Positions 41,870 through 57,862 of a stretch of DNA of 64,000 nucleotides are shown piece after piece. Under the pieces are notes generated by a model, which was given only the letters and a program-made list of their open reading frames with translations, was not told where the DNA came from and searched no databases. The number at the start of each line of letters is the position of its first letter. Position 1 is the stretch's first letter. The position numbers were made by a program, and so were the translations under genes. Origin of the DNA: Octopus vulgaris (Eukaryota). The stretch is taken from the NCBI GenBank assembly GCA_951406725.2, contig OX597815.1:19468001-19532000 (forward strand). Direction: 5' to 3'.

Positions 41870-42093
41870 TTGGATTGTCCGGAAAATTCGTACCGAAAAT
41901 GAACTTTCTTATCTTCCATTTTAAAGGCTGACAGAATTAACACAGGTTATAGGAACATAAACCTTCTTCCACGAAAACTGTGCTCTAAATGGAGGTGTAG
42001 TCAAATCCTATTTTATGGACTCAACCATGTTCTAAAATAAGTCGAAAGGTAAGCTACTATAAATCGGCACGAACTTTCCGGACAACCCCCCAA
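41870..42093. mobile_element. Mariner-type MITE (224 bp) with TA target duplication
   Basis: TIRs ttggattgtccggaaaattcgtaccga and tcggcacgaactttccggacaacccccccaa; TA at 41868-69 and 42094-95; no ORF. Confidence 0.85.
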
Positions 42094-42828
42094 TATTTGA
42101 ATCCCACTGGCCAATACAAAAATCATCTTCATCACTATCGTCCTCGTCAATATAATTGTTGTTCTTGTTTTTGTTTCGAGTTGGTAGCTATTATGATTAT
42201 TAATATTTATTCGTTTAATTTATCTATGTATTTTTATTAACATTAGTCGAAATTTTCATTCAGTAAGAAGTGTTTTGGTACAAACCTATAGGTCTGTGAG
42301 TAGACCCTGCATACCTTTTATATAGTAGTAACAATAAAAACAATAACTAGCATCATTATAACTATAATAATGAGATATACGTAGAAACACATACATACAC
42401 ATAGACATACATACACCTACACATACAAACACATAATCTTTTCTTTTGAAAAAAAAGCACAGCTTTGGCACATAAGAATAATCCACTAGTATTAAGGCAA
42501 GGTTGAGTAAGATAGAAAAAAAGTAGTATCTATGGTGTTTATTTTAGGTTTAGTAGTAAATAATCTATCTAACGGTGTCATGTGTGAAATTACATCGCGT
42601 CTGGATAGCCATTGTTAACGTGATAAATATTGGTGATTATCTGTATGCTATATACGATGTATTATGCGTTATGTTATTCTACTATGAGGTATAGAAACGA
42701 AGTCAAGAGAAGATATTGGAAGGGTTGCATAAGCTGATAAGAAAAAAGACATGAGCTGCTGACAGTCTATGTTTCTACATATTAATGCAGTAACTTATTG
42801 AAGCACAAGTTTATTTCATATCGACTAC

Positions 42829-42865
<37 letters not shown>

Positions 42866-43658
42866 TGACCCCACTAAGTTTTCTTCAACATAAGAAAATT
42901 CGTGGAGAATGTAACCTTTATAAACAAAATCTACACCTTAGATTTACGATTCTTACCGATATTGAATAACTGATGTTTCCCTGTTCAGTAAATATGACCA
43001 ATGAGTATCAACTGATACATACATTGCTGTTAAGAATGCAGCCTGGAACAACAGTGGACATTGATAATAAAACTGACTATGTTTTCTGTTTTAGATTTAT
43101 ATCTTATATAAAAGCCATTGGGTTGAATTTAACTTACTTTCACATATATATTCACAAATATTTTCAAAGCAAATAGAGCACCAATAAAAACTAACTGGGA
43201 TCATTGATATATTATTAGTGTAACAAATTCAAAAGCAGAATTAATTGCAAATTCGATTCAATTTGTAGCCTAATCAGTGATGGCTGAGCAGCGTCATGTC
43301 ATTTTCTGTAACGTGAAACCATATGTGATGGAAAGCAAAGTAGGAAGTATCGCATCAAAATGAAGAGTTGTTACTGAAATTTTTAGAATGTTGGCGTGGC
43401 CTGAGGGTGCCACAACATGCATGCAATTATCACGTGGGGCTATTAAACAACCGATACATCTTTAATTTGGTTGATAATCTGCTTTGTTTTCAGATATATT
43501 GACAATCATTGTATATATATAATCTTCGGTTCTGTTTATTTCAGTTATTGATTATTGTATAATTTACAATGACATTTTATATAAAGTATATATATATATA
43601 TGTGTGTCAACCTCTATGAATGTATGTATATGTTTATGTATATCTACTTATATATATG

Positions 43659-43713
<55 letters not shown>

Positions 43714-44403
43714 GGATATTGAAGCAAACTATGATCTTGAGTTTAAGAAAAACTACGCGCACGTCCACACACACTTACGCACACACACACATGTATATAT
43801 ATGTAGTTGGCCAAAACATACGAAAACGATCTCAGAATCATATATGCCCTAACATGGTTGGGAATTTACTCAATACGCTTATTTCACCCCCAATACAGTA
43901 CTCCTACATACATTGCATTCTTAGACAAATACTCCGAATAATTTGACCAAAACACGCAGAAACAAGACTACAGGTACATATGAAACCTGTGGGAAACCGC
44001 ACACACCGCATTTCCCATGAAATGTGAGGTGAGCGTTTTCGCTCATTCCCAGAAAACTCATGAAGCCATGCAGCACTCTAAAAGCTGTTTATTATTGCCA
44101 ACGGACAGACCTTTTATCTAATCTCTTACAGAGTTTCGTCGCCTTTTTTTCATATCAACTACAAACTGTGTGTTTCTTTACACCTCAAAAAATAGAGAGC
44201 AGTGGCCATACTCTCTTCTATAACTGCTAACTCTAAAGAACGGTGGGCTGTATAATGCGACTGCTATACATCTACTGCGAAACTCTTGGTAAGATCGGCT
44301 GAATTGGATAATTAATACTGTGCACTTTTATTAAAATATATGTGTATATATATATGTGTGTATGTGTGTGTGTTTGTGAGTGTGTGTATAAACATATAAA
44401 TAG

Positions 44404-44445
<42 letters not shown>

Positions 44446-44600
44446 ACGTGTATATGCATATATCTATATTTTCATATATGCGTTTATATGCATATATATA
44501 TATATATATATATGCATGTATGTACGTATGTGTGTATGTATATATGTAAATATATATATATATATATGTATATATATATTTGTATATATATCTTTATATA

Positions 44601-44840
<240 letters not shown>

Positions 44841-45313
44841 TACATTCAAAGTTAAACTTCCACATTCGTCCAAATAATACGTGCATTATATATTCTTTTC
44901 TACTCCAGGTACAAGGCCCGAACGTGTTTTATATATTAAATGTTTAAGCCTTATACTACTGTATAATGTATTTGCTGAGCCATATATCATTATTTTCTTT
45001 TTGAAGTATTGACTTTGAAAATGTACCTTGTGTAATATATCAAAATAGATAATAAATATTACTCGAAAATGAATAAATATGTGAAGCTAAATAAATTAAA
45101 GTAAATAATATTTTATCTTGTCATGAGAGAATTCTAATGGAAGCTTTTGATCTAGACATATTTTCTTTTCAAAATATTGGTTTTTAAAAGAATTGCAGTC
45201 AGTGTTTAAAACACGTGGGTATTACAGTGACCTTCCTTCTAAGTACATTGTAAATGATAAACATTGATTTTATATGCACACACACACACACCACACACAC
45301 AAGTCGTGCACAG

Positions 45314-45373
<60 letters not shown>

Positions 45374-45560
45374 TTACATTTACATTCGAATGATATTGCG
45401 CAACATTTTTTTTTCTCACAGGTATTATATATGTAAGTAAAATAAAATGAAATAGATTCAACAGGGAATCGAAATCTTTGGCTTGCTTTATTCACCAGAG
45501 GAATAATTGCTGTCCTAGTCTATATATATATATATATGAATAAATATATATATATATACA

Positions 45561-45619
<59 letters not shown>

Positions 45620-45995
45620 GTACGTTTGTGTGTTCACTTATATTTTGATTTCTAGCAGACAAAAGACCATAGATTTATATAGGGCGTTCGTACAGTCGTA
45701 TGTACGACTTAGAATTTGAAAGCGTGTAATTAAACAATGACCACAAAATTTTTCTTTTTTCTTTTTTTATCAACACCTGAAATATATGAAAGTTGATTCT
45801 TGAGGGTTTTTAAATCAGAATGTATTAATCCCACTAATACTCCTTTGGTTGCCTTTCATGAATTCACTTACTCGGAATTTGTTGGGCTAGGTGTCTGATC
45901 CAAAGATATCGTCTTTTTTCACACCTATCAGTCTTAGGGGAGCTAAAAAAGGTCATTGGTGCCATCATTTTGCCTGATATAAGCGACTATAAATG

Positions 45996-46038
<43 letters not shown>

Positions 46039-46047
46039 GTAGATAGG

Positions 46048-46133
<86 letters not shown>

Positions 46134-48071
46134 TGGGTGTCTGTGTATATAAGAAATTTATGATAAACATAAATTTTGATTATTTATTGCTACGTACGTT
46201 TCGCTAAATACCATAATGCTTTTAATCAGTCACTCTGTCAATTTCACTATTTTCCCTCTGAACACTGTAGTTCGACCTGGGGAAATGATACATCTGTTAT
46301 TATCGTTTAACCCAGTTTAATACTGATCAAACAGATGTTGGGTAAAAAGCATCCGTGAATGCATTTTTCAAGGTACCCTTTCTTTTTGAATACGGTATAG
46401 TGTAATTTAAGATACATTCGGCTTCTCTTTCAAGCAGAAAAATTAGATACTACCTCACTAGCCACTGCCGTTGTTGATGTTGTTGTTGATGTCGTAGTCG
46501 TCGTTGTTGTTGATAGAGTTCATCTGTTTATTCCGAAAAATATTTTTTCTTCAAGTTTAAAAGATATGTTGGTGTGGGAGGAGGAATGAGAAATAGATAA
46601 AACTGGAGAGAAAAAGATTAAACCAGCATAAAAAAAACGATAATAAATTACCTGTTCTCTATAGTTTAGAGCGCAACGTTGGCCTGATTGATAGGAAATT
46701 AAGAAACCTTTCTCATCAAGCAGGAATCAATATATGATATAATATGTAGTGATTTTGGACTAGAGGCCAAGTAGGTAAATTAGATGGAAGAATAACAGAA
46801 AAAATAGCTGATATATACTTGTGTGTATGTATGTGTATGTATCTATGCTTATATAAGAGTTTATATTTATGTATGTGCGAGTATATGCAAGAAATCCGCC
46901 GTTGTTGTAAGCACTTATGAGAGTAAACAAAACGTTAAACATCGCATTGATGCTTTGTCCAAAACATTCAAAAAGATTTACCGAAATACTACGCAACTTT
47001 GCTTAAAAGTGTTCTGTTTTTTCGTCCTATTTGACTGGTGATCCACACTGGATTTTGTGGTTATAACTTTGCTGATATTTAAATTCAAGCTAAATGGTTG
47101 ATAATTACAGGGCAGGACAGTAGCAGCAGACGCACACACAACAGAGCAGAAATCATTTGTAAACTTTTACAGAAGATAAAAAGGAAGTGGCATCCATTAT
47201 TTTTTCACAAGAAGATTACTTTTGAGACAGAAAATTTACGTAGACAAACTAATATTATCATACTGTTGTTACTGAAATTTCTTGAATTTTGGAGTTGTTT
47301 AAGAGACCGGCTTTATTTATGTAGCTATTAACATTTAAAAAGTATTAATTTCACAGTTGAAATTGTTTACTCAGCAAATACAAATAAATTATCCTGAAGA
47401 AATTATACAATTATACAAATACGTCGATTTGTAATACAAACTAATATTATCAAGGCCACGTAATTTCTTCTTTAATGTGAGTATTATTTACAGAACTTTA
47501 CTTCTTTCCTTTGACTAAAATTTGACTATATTTATCGTTTGTTTATTCTAAATTCCGACCATAACGTAATCGTTTGTTGTAACCGTCCATCTCAGCGTAC
47601 ATACCAGGGAATCTACTTTATTTGGCGTTGGATTATATTACCATTTACAATTACCATGTGTTCAAATTAAATAATTTGAACTTATTTGAAAGTATTCAAC
47701 TTTTTCATCGATTAAGAATATTTGGGTTTTTACTTCCCAATCACAATTTGATAAAGAAAAACAAAAGTTAAATAAAAAAAAATCTTGATACTGCCCTTGA
47801 AGAATTTCCATTACTTTCAAAATAGTATATAATAATACTTTGAAAGTAATATTTTCAAATCTATTTTCACTGGGAAAAAAAGACATTTGATAGACACTTA
47901 GTTGTTCCTGTCATATTATCTTGAATATTCAAAGATATCTATCGCACAACTCCAAATAATTCGGATAAGTCGTTAGTAAACGACTCCTGCCTACAACGAC
48001 GTAAGTCAACTCTTTTTTGTTGTGAGTTCCTCAAAACAGCAAAAATTGGAAGCATCAAGACTTTAAAGAAG

Positions 48072-48211
48072 ATGGCGGAGATAAACGACGATTATGATAT
48101 GAGCGATGACATTGACCTTGACCCCATTCATATGCAGGAACGGCTGGACGATGAAATGAAACGGCGAATGGAAGGCAAAAAGAAAGGGGGTATTAACGCC
48201 AGCAAGTTGTT
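48072..48211 (+). CDS. Probable coding exon of an unidentified host gene (first coding exon, or internal exon starting near 47935)
   Basis: aagATGGCG start context; MAEINDDYDMSDDIDLDPIHMQERLDDEMKRRMEGKKKGGINASKL; perfect GTGAGT donor at 48212 (phase 2); higher GC and non-repetitive; frame is open upstream to a TGA at 47922. Confidence 0.62.
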
Positions 48212-49359
48212 GTGAGTCTTTTAGAGTTTGGTTAGTAAATGTAACGTTGTCGTTTAATTGTGAGAATGTCACGTGATAGCCATATTTTTCTTCTGTTCAA
48301 AGTGACTTTTATGTAAGAAACTTTCTGAACTTGAGTGCCTTTAACGGCAACTCGAAACCGTTCTGCTTTCATTTAATCCAGTTGGTTTAGCTAAACAAAT
48401 TTTATTGTCCAAATGCTTAAAACAAAAAGAGAAAGCATAAACAATAAGAAAAACATACATACTCATATAGATACGTGCATATATGCATACAAGCATCCAT
48501 GCAATATATATGTAACTGCGTGTATCCGTATATAACATATGTATATTTTTGTGTATGCGTCTATATGTATATATATATATATATACAAACATATATGGGT
48601 GAGGTGCACGTTTGTGGCTAGTGTCTACATATGTGTGAGTCGGTGTATACGTGAGTGTAAACAGGAGGCATTCGAACGCGTGTGAACGGCCAAGACTGTC
48701 TAATAAAGTGGCTTCGTATTATACGCCATTTTAAGCCACACAGTATTGTTATGATATTTAAATATGAAAATATATATGTATGTGTATATACGTGTATATA
48801 TACACAAAATATAACAGTTTGCAGAGATATCGCTTTCTCTGCTTAATGGAAAGGAATCCATATAAAATTACAAATACGCAAACTTGCACACAATAATACA
48901 TATTTTCTTCAGAAAATTTATTATATTTTATATTATTTCTAACGATTTTAGTTAGTATTTTTCAAGTGAAAAAATGTCAGCAAAATGATGAAATGCTTTA
49001 TATATATTTCAATGTTCCGATATTAAAAAAAAATACTATAGTAACAGAGTAAAAGTAAATCGTATTAATAAATTATTATATCTTGGCGAGGCCTAGGTTG
49101 TAAATAAGTATGTATTTGGTTTAGTAGGATAATGTAGCGAAAAGATTCTCAGCAGTCCTATCGATAAAACTGCTTATTACGACTTTTATATATATTTTCA
49201 TTTGCTTTCATACACAATACATATAAGCATTGGGCATGCACCATTAATACGTGTGCGCGTTCGTATACATACATACAATTATGTAAGTTAGAGTATAGGA
49301 AGAAAAGAGAGCTTCAAGCACACGTACATGCTTGAGCATCCATTTCTAATATATATATG

Positions 49360-51178
<1,819 letters not shown>

Positions 51179-51237
51179 CACACACGCATGCACACACACG
51201 CACACACACACACACACACACGCACACACACACACAT

Positions 51238-51308
<71 letters not shown>

Positions 51309-51881
51309 TGTGTGTATGTGTATGCATGTATATCTTTCCTTAGTGAATTTTCTTCGTCATTTGTGATAAGAAATAATACGTTATTTCATATCTTCATAGC
51401 TCCGTGGCTATAGCCCCAACGTTGGTCTATGTGTGTGTGTGTGGGGGGGGGTTGTCTATTAAGTAACATAAATTACACTATCCTTTCTATAAGTAGTACT
51501 CGTGTATTCTATATTTCTAGTTTAGAAAATATATAACTAATCTGTGTCTCATTAACATTGACGAATTTTACTTGACTACAGAGTAGTTAAGATAATTAAG
51601 ATAGTAGGAGAGCGAATTTTATTCGTCTGAATATCTGCTAAGGGAAATTATGTTATAGTCGATTATTTTCTTGATGCCAGATGTTAAATATATCTTTTAC
51701 ACGTCCTTCGAATATCAGAGTCCGACACGAAAGGCCAAAATTGAGTATACCCTCATTCATACTCTTAAACTCACAACGCACACCCCATTCACAAACTCTC
51801 AGAACCCCATTCACAAACTCTCAGAATTACACGCGAACACACATACAAACACTCATGCACCCATGCATATATATATATATA

Positions 51882-52269
51882 CTAGCAGTATCGCCCGGCG
51901 TTGCTCGGGTTTGTAAGGGAAATAACTATAAAGCATTTTTAGAGAGTTATAGCCAAAAAAATAGCAAAAAAATGGAAAAAAAAAATTATGGTAAATTTAT
52001 TTTTGAGAGTTAAAAAGGTGGAGTTGCGTCTCCTAGACAGTCTGTGGTTTGTGTTTCTAATTCTCGACCCCATGTCGAATTTATCGATTTTTTTCAGAAC
52101 TGGGGGAACTTTTCAAAATTTTCGCTGCGTTAGTTTTGAATTATGACATTGGGCTATGTGTGTGTCAAGTTTCATCAGAATCGGTTGAAAGCCGTGGTCA
52201 GGGTGAGGGTACAACCTAACAGACACACAGAAACACACACAGACAAACTGCCGTTTATATAGAGAGAGA
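51882..52269 (-). mobile_element. Non-autonomous Helitron
   Basis: Minus strand begins TC(tctctctatataaacggcag), has a subterminal hairpin cccg-agcaacgc-cggg and ends CTAG; inserted between A and T without a TSD. Confidence 0.9.
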
Positions 52270-52289
52270 TATATAACCTGTAGATCTAG

Positions 52290-52485
52290 CGGGCATGCTT
52301 GGGCGCTAAAACTACAGTTTTTTTTTTAATTTTATTTTCACTCTCTCTTTATTTTCTCGTATTCCTTTGTGTTGAAGAGCGTAGGTTCGAGACGTAAAAG
52401 ACTTTTTTTTATTTTCCCGAGAGTCAAAATAATACATTTTTGTTCATATATTTGTCTTCATCTTTTGTTTTCCTATAAATTTCAA

Positions 52486-52488
<3 letters not shown>
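52290..52488 (+). mobile_element. Short element with hammerhead-like motif (family of 23638/39395)
   Basis: cttt-GTGTTGA-A-gagc(gtag)gttc-GAGA-CG-TA-aaag then ttttcccgagagtcaaa; ends at (TA)n. Confidence 0.65.
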
Positions 52489-52523
<35 letters not shown>

Positions 52524-52843
52524 GAGCATTCTGCATTTTTACAATGTTTCCTTGCTTATCATTTCTCCACGTGCGGTCAACACAACCCCACCATTTATTG
52601 ATCTATATATATATATATATATATATATACATTTGTGTGCTTGCTATATTTGCTCAATACATGAAGCGTTTTTCATAGTTCAAAGTAGACATAAAATGAT
52701 ATTTAATATTCTTTCAAATTATAATCCAAGAACTACTTAATTGGCTTTTGATTTTGGTAGTATTATCATTTAGTATATTTATATATATATATAATCATTG
52801 TAATTATAGATATACCAGCAAATAAGATATGCCACTAAATCCG

Positions 52844-52891
<48 letters not shown>

Positions 52892-52897
<6 letters not shown>

Positions 52898-52992
52898 TAT
52901 ATGATACAATCATCAGAAATAATCCATTGGATACGAAGTTAAGTTTTATATGTCTAATGGGTTATTTCTGATGATTGTATCATACAAGATAT
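52892..52992. repeat. 42-bp-arm inverted repeat next to (TA)n, containing CTGATGA-hairpin-GATA
   Basis: 52892-52933 pairs with 52951-52992; CTGATGA at 52968 is followed by ttgta-tca-tacaa and GATA. Confidence 0.8.
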
Positions 52993-54024
52993 CTTCAGTG
53001 TTCAGATGAATGACTTATTAAAATCTGCAGCGTAAAATAACAATTAGAGCAATCACCAGCTGATCTAATTAGCAGCATAGATTTAAAATTAATATGTCTG
53101 AACTTGTCTTCAAATAGAACTTCTTCGTTAATATTGATTTCTTACATAAGCACAAGACTAAACAATTTTGTTGCTTAACACTAGGCAGTCCTGTTTAAGC
53201 AGACATATGCTCAAAGCATTCCAGCTTTGATCACACCGTCTAAGTCCCTTATAAACTTTCCGCGACGATATTATCCTGTGCGTTATTACATACGTAAGAT
53301 TGTTTAGTTTAGTTTTAAAGAATTTACTTCTTCTTTCTAGCAGGTCGAGCAGCGAAATAGAGATTCCTTCCTTGGCTGTGAAGTCTATAAATTTCTAGGT
53401 GGTTCGGTATAATCGATTCAACTGTTTATTCATTAGATTACATTTATAAATATTAGAAAAATGAAATTGAATAATATTCATAATATAATTCTAATATTCA
53501 AATGATTTTGTTGGCAGTTTTGTTTTTTAATCGGAAATGCCGTAACAATAAGAAAAAGAGTTCCAGAGTTTTCAAATTCTGTGAAGACGTGTTAATAGCA
53601 TTTTAAAGACAAATCAAATAAATTAGTATATTTAAAATTACTATATTTAAAAATACAGGTAGCATACACAAGAAGAGGGGTTTTTTTTAGGCTCTGTGGA
53701 TTTGAATTAATTGAATTAAAAATGTATTCCGATCATGCTTTTATAAAAAGGTTTTGCCTAACTGAAGAAAATGAATTTATTTCTAGGTTTGAGAGAATCT
53801 GAATTAAACAAATCAAAAATATAATTTGATCATGTTTACATAAGATTTTGCTTAGCTATTCTTACTTATACGTTGTGTTGTAATGGGTTTCGAAATACAA
53901 AATATATTATAGTTTACACATTTCAATTATTAATTAGAAATACAAAATATTCAACTTATTTGTGCCGTAGACCTTCTTTTGATATACTAAAATGAAATTC
54001 ATCGCAAGCATAATTTTTTTCTGT

Positions 54025-54222
54025 CATAAGTACAAGACCTAAAACTTGTCGCGGGAGGGGGCTAGTTGATTATGTTGACTCGAGTGCTCAACTGGTATTA
54101 TTTTTATCGACTCCGAATAGATGAAAGATAAAATCAACGTCAGTGGAATTTGAACTCAGAAAGTAAAACGGAAGGAATTCCGCTAATTATCTTGATATTC
54201 GTGCTAAAAATTATGCCATACC
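54025..54222 (-). mobile_element. Decayed SINE (family related to 58867)
   Basis: The reverse complement contains ttctgagttcaaattcc...ctttcatc.attcggagtcgataaaa.taataccagttgagcact. Confidence 0.7.
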
Positions 54223-55159
54223 CTTACCTAAATAAATATAATACTAAATTTACAGTTATGCCCCTTGGATACTCGATAATATCAATTATAAATTATTCGT
54301 GAGCATAAGCGAAGGTGGCTTCCAATTCTTTTTAAATAAGTCTTTTTCTGTTTGGTTTTTTTTTTTTCATAATCCTATTAGAATTTTATTAAATTCCTCC
54401 TTCTCTCCGTATAGATTAACTTCCCGTTTGAATTCACTCATATTTTTTTTCCAAATCTTCCATATATTCAAAATGTTATCCTAATTTTTCTTACAGCTGT
54501 TTCGATAGTTTAATCATATATATGTATGTATGTCTAAATTAACAAAATTTGTATAGCACAACCCTTTCGTTTTAGTTATTTTCTAAAACAGTTAGACATG
54601 CCACAATCATCAATTACCTTCAAACATCAGCATTTCTTCCGTTCACAATGTCAGAAAATGCTGGAAGATTAGTTGTTAATTTCAAGAAATTATCTCCCTT
54701 TTTCTCTACGAGGCACCAACAAATACCGTTAGGCTTTTGTGCTCTTTTCCTAATTAATAACAAAATTTTAATTAATTTAGAATTGCTTGTGTTTGGTATT
54801 CAGTACATTACCTTCTAGCTAAATTTTATACATGTATAAGGTATGTGAGTTTGCGTGTGGCTATGCATGTACACACACACGCACATATATAAATATATAT
54901 ATGTATTTGCATATATATATATGTAGATGTACATATACATATATATATATGATATATGTGTGTGTAAGTGTCTGTGTGCGCACGTGTGTGTGTGTGTGTT
55001 TGTATTTATGTGTGTTTGTGTACGTATAAGTATTTTCTCAAAGAGTAAGTCAAAATAATACTCGATGCAAATCCATTTTATGTAATATAGAATAAGACCC
55101 ACATAAGAAAGCTAATGCTTTGCATAAAATAATGTTTACTATATCAATTATAAAACTTA

Positions 55160-55368
55160 AGGCAGCAAGCTGACAGAATCGTTAGGCAGGCAAAATGCTT
55201 AGCAGCATTTCTTCCAATGTTACATTCGGTGTTCAAATTGCGCTGAGGTAAACTTTGCATTTCATTACTTTCGGGGTCGATAAAATAAGTGCCAGTAGAG
55301 TACTGGCATCGATTTAATCGACTTACTTTTTCCCCAGAATTGCTGGTCGCGTGCCAAAATTTGAAACC
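55160..55368 (+). mobile_element. SINE (family of 58867)
   Basis: aggcagcaagctgacagaatcgttag head, gttcaaatt B-box-like, ctttcggggtcgataaaataagtgccag core. Confidence 0.82.
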
Positions 55369-56504
55369 AGGTTTAATTATATAACTAATTAATATCTTTT
55401 ATGATAAAAAATTAAATTGTTTTTCAAACGTGCTAGCAGTGTCACTTTTTATTTTGTGTCAGTTTGTTAGTGAAGAAAATAGTGTTTACGACATTTACAG
55501 AATCTTCCAACGTAGAGAGTGATTGATGTGAAAGATGAAGATTTTCGACACCTTCAGGTCAATGTCCGGGAGAAAAAATATTATCTGGATACTGAAGATA
55601 ATTAATGTTACGATGGTGATGCTAAGAAGATGATGTTTTAGTTTCACAACCTCTTGTGTATATGTAGCATTATTAATATGACGTAGAAGACATCTAATTC
55701 CTTTTATAAGGCAGCAAAAGATCAAGCGCCAAAATCGCAACGAATGCTCTTTCCTGTGACAATCAGGTGTAAACCCTATTGTCAAATTGTTTGCTAGTTT
55801 TATATGAAAGCTTTATTACAGGAAGTCATATTGTAATAATAAACGAGAATTCTGCAACAAATAGCCAGAGTTTTATCCAAACTTTCTTCTGTGGGCATGT
55901 GTAATCCCCCTACGTTTCAGACAAAATAGATGTTTGTAACATTCTTCCAGGCCCGTGTTACGATAATTATCTGAGGCAAGAAATCGTTAGTTCTTCCCTG
56001 AGATTTAGCCCATGTCCAAACAAAACTACTATTATAGTTTTGGGGGTACGAAGTTTACGTTTTCGACACTAGTCTGTATCAAAAGTCTGTGTTTACAAGT
56101 ATGTCCGTTTGATTAGCTGTCATATTTTTCTATATATTTTTCCAAGAGTTAACGTCTCTGTCAGTAATTGTGTCTGATTGTTTGCTATCTTTTTTTCCTC
56201 CTGTTTATCTTTTGTTACTCAAACCTTCCGTGTTATTGTCTTCAAAAATGAATTTTATCCTCTGCCACCGGCTTTGTACTACTACCTGGAAAGAAGCCAT
56301 GGTGGGCAGCATCGAAAAGACAAAAACAAATACAAATGTCTGCAAGACAGACATTTCATCTACCCCAAGTAATACGTTAAGTGTTCAAAAGTTTCAGAAA
56401 TTTCTCGTTTCCGCACTCTTGTTTATTTTTATTTGTAACTCTCTTATGATACTGCCAGTTCACTGCCTCAAGTCTTCTTTTTCTTTGTTTTCTCCTTCCT
56501 TTTC

Positions 56505-56632
<128 letters not shown>

Positions 56633-56633
56633 A

Positions 56634-56925
56634 GTGAGGTCGCATAGTTTAGTGGTTAGAGTGTTGCACTCACGATCGCTAGATCGTGGTTTCAAATCCT
56701 AGACCGAGCAGTGCGTTGTTTTCTTGAGTCAAACACTTCATCTGAAGTTGCTCTATGATCACTTCGACACCTGACGCATGGTACACCGTACACCTGTTCA
56801 GAAAACGTCGATTTGATAGAGAGAGTGAGCTAATGTGCGGCAAAAACTATAATCAAATCTTTTGCGCATGTCGTTCGGCAAAAAGCTGAATGCTCATACG
56901 GTGTCTTCGACGGGAGAGTCCATTA
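56634..56925 (+). mobile_element. tRNA-derived SINE, diverged
   Basis: tagtttagtggttagag A-box, ggtttcaaatcc B-box, cttgag.caaacactt; tatt-rich flanks. Confidence 0.75.
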
Positions 56926-57049
56926 TTGTTATTATCATCTATCGAATTCTTTCTTCGAGTGCCTTTTAGGTCAACTATTAAAAACATGTTCATTGAAATT
57001 TTATTAGATTCATAACTATCCAAGACTCCAAAGATATTAATTATATAAT

Positions 57050-57200
57050 AGGCGCAGGAGTGGCTGTGTGGTAGGTAGCTTGCTAACCAACCACATGGTT
57101 GGCATCTTGGGCAAGTATCTTCTGCTATAGCCCCGGGCCGACCAATGCCTTGTGAGTGGATTTGGTAGACGGAAACTGAAAGAGGCCTGTCGTATATATG

Positions 57201-57231
<31 letters not shown>

Positions 57232-57445
57232 TTGTGTGTCTGTGTTTGTCCCCCTAGCATTGCTTGACAACCGATGCTGGTGTGTTTACGTCCCCGTCTC
57301 TTAGCGGTTCGGCAAAAGAGACCGATAGAATAAGTACTGGGCTTACAAAGAATAAGTCCCGGGGTCGATTTGTTCGACTAAAGGCGGTGCTCCAGCATGG
57401 CCGCAGTCAAAATGACTGAAACAATTAAAAGAGTAAAAAAGAGTA
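57050..57445 (+). mobile_element. SINE with internal (TA)/(TG) microsatellite
   Basis: ggcgcaggagtggctgtgtggtag head, internal microsatellite, tail ggggtcgatttgttcgactaaaggcggtgctccagcatggccgcagtc...aaaagag; second copy at 35941. Confidence 0.9.
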
Positions 57446-57541
57446 TATCTATAATCTAACTAATACAGTTAACAGAATAATAGAAATATATTGGTAGCAA
57501 ATTGTTTCAAAGATTGTCGTGTGTTTCTCTTTAGTAGTACA

Positions 57542-57862
57542 CCAGACCGGGCGTTGTGAGTGTTTATTGAGCGAAAACACCTAAAAGCTCCACAAGGCTC
57601 CGGCAGGGGATGGTGGTGATCCCTGCTGTACTCTTTCACCACAACTTTTTCTCACTCTTACTTCCTGTTTCTGTTGTACCTGTATTTCAAAGGGCCGGCC
57701 TTGTCACTCTCTGTGTCTCGCTGAATATCCCCGAGAACTACGTTAACGGTACACGTGTCTGTGGAGTGCTCAGCCACTTACACGTTAATTTCACGAGCAG
57801 GCTGTTCCGTTGATTCGGATCAACCGGAACCCTCGTCGTTGTAACCGACGGAGTGCTTCCAC
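57542..57862 (+). mobile_element. 5'-truncated chimeric SINE with 9-bp TSD
   Basis: 5' part matches 17362-17475, 3' part matches 321-499; agtagtaca at 57533-57541 and 57863-57871. Confidence 0.9.

Noticed and set aside
51783-51826. 22-bp tandem pair (also a 29-bp pair near 3144-3198)
   Set aside because: Simple two-copy slippage duplications without spacers; not CRISPR-like.
55495-56372. Possible piggyBac remnant or downstream exon (FSPCPNKTTI, GVRSLRFRH, AMVGSIEKTK)
   Set aside because: Motif similarity is too weak to call without alignment; the acceptor at 55500 gives an early stop in the phase required by the 48211 donor.
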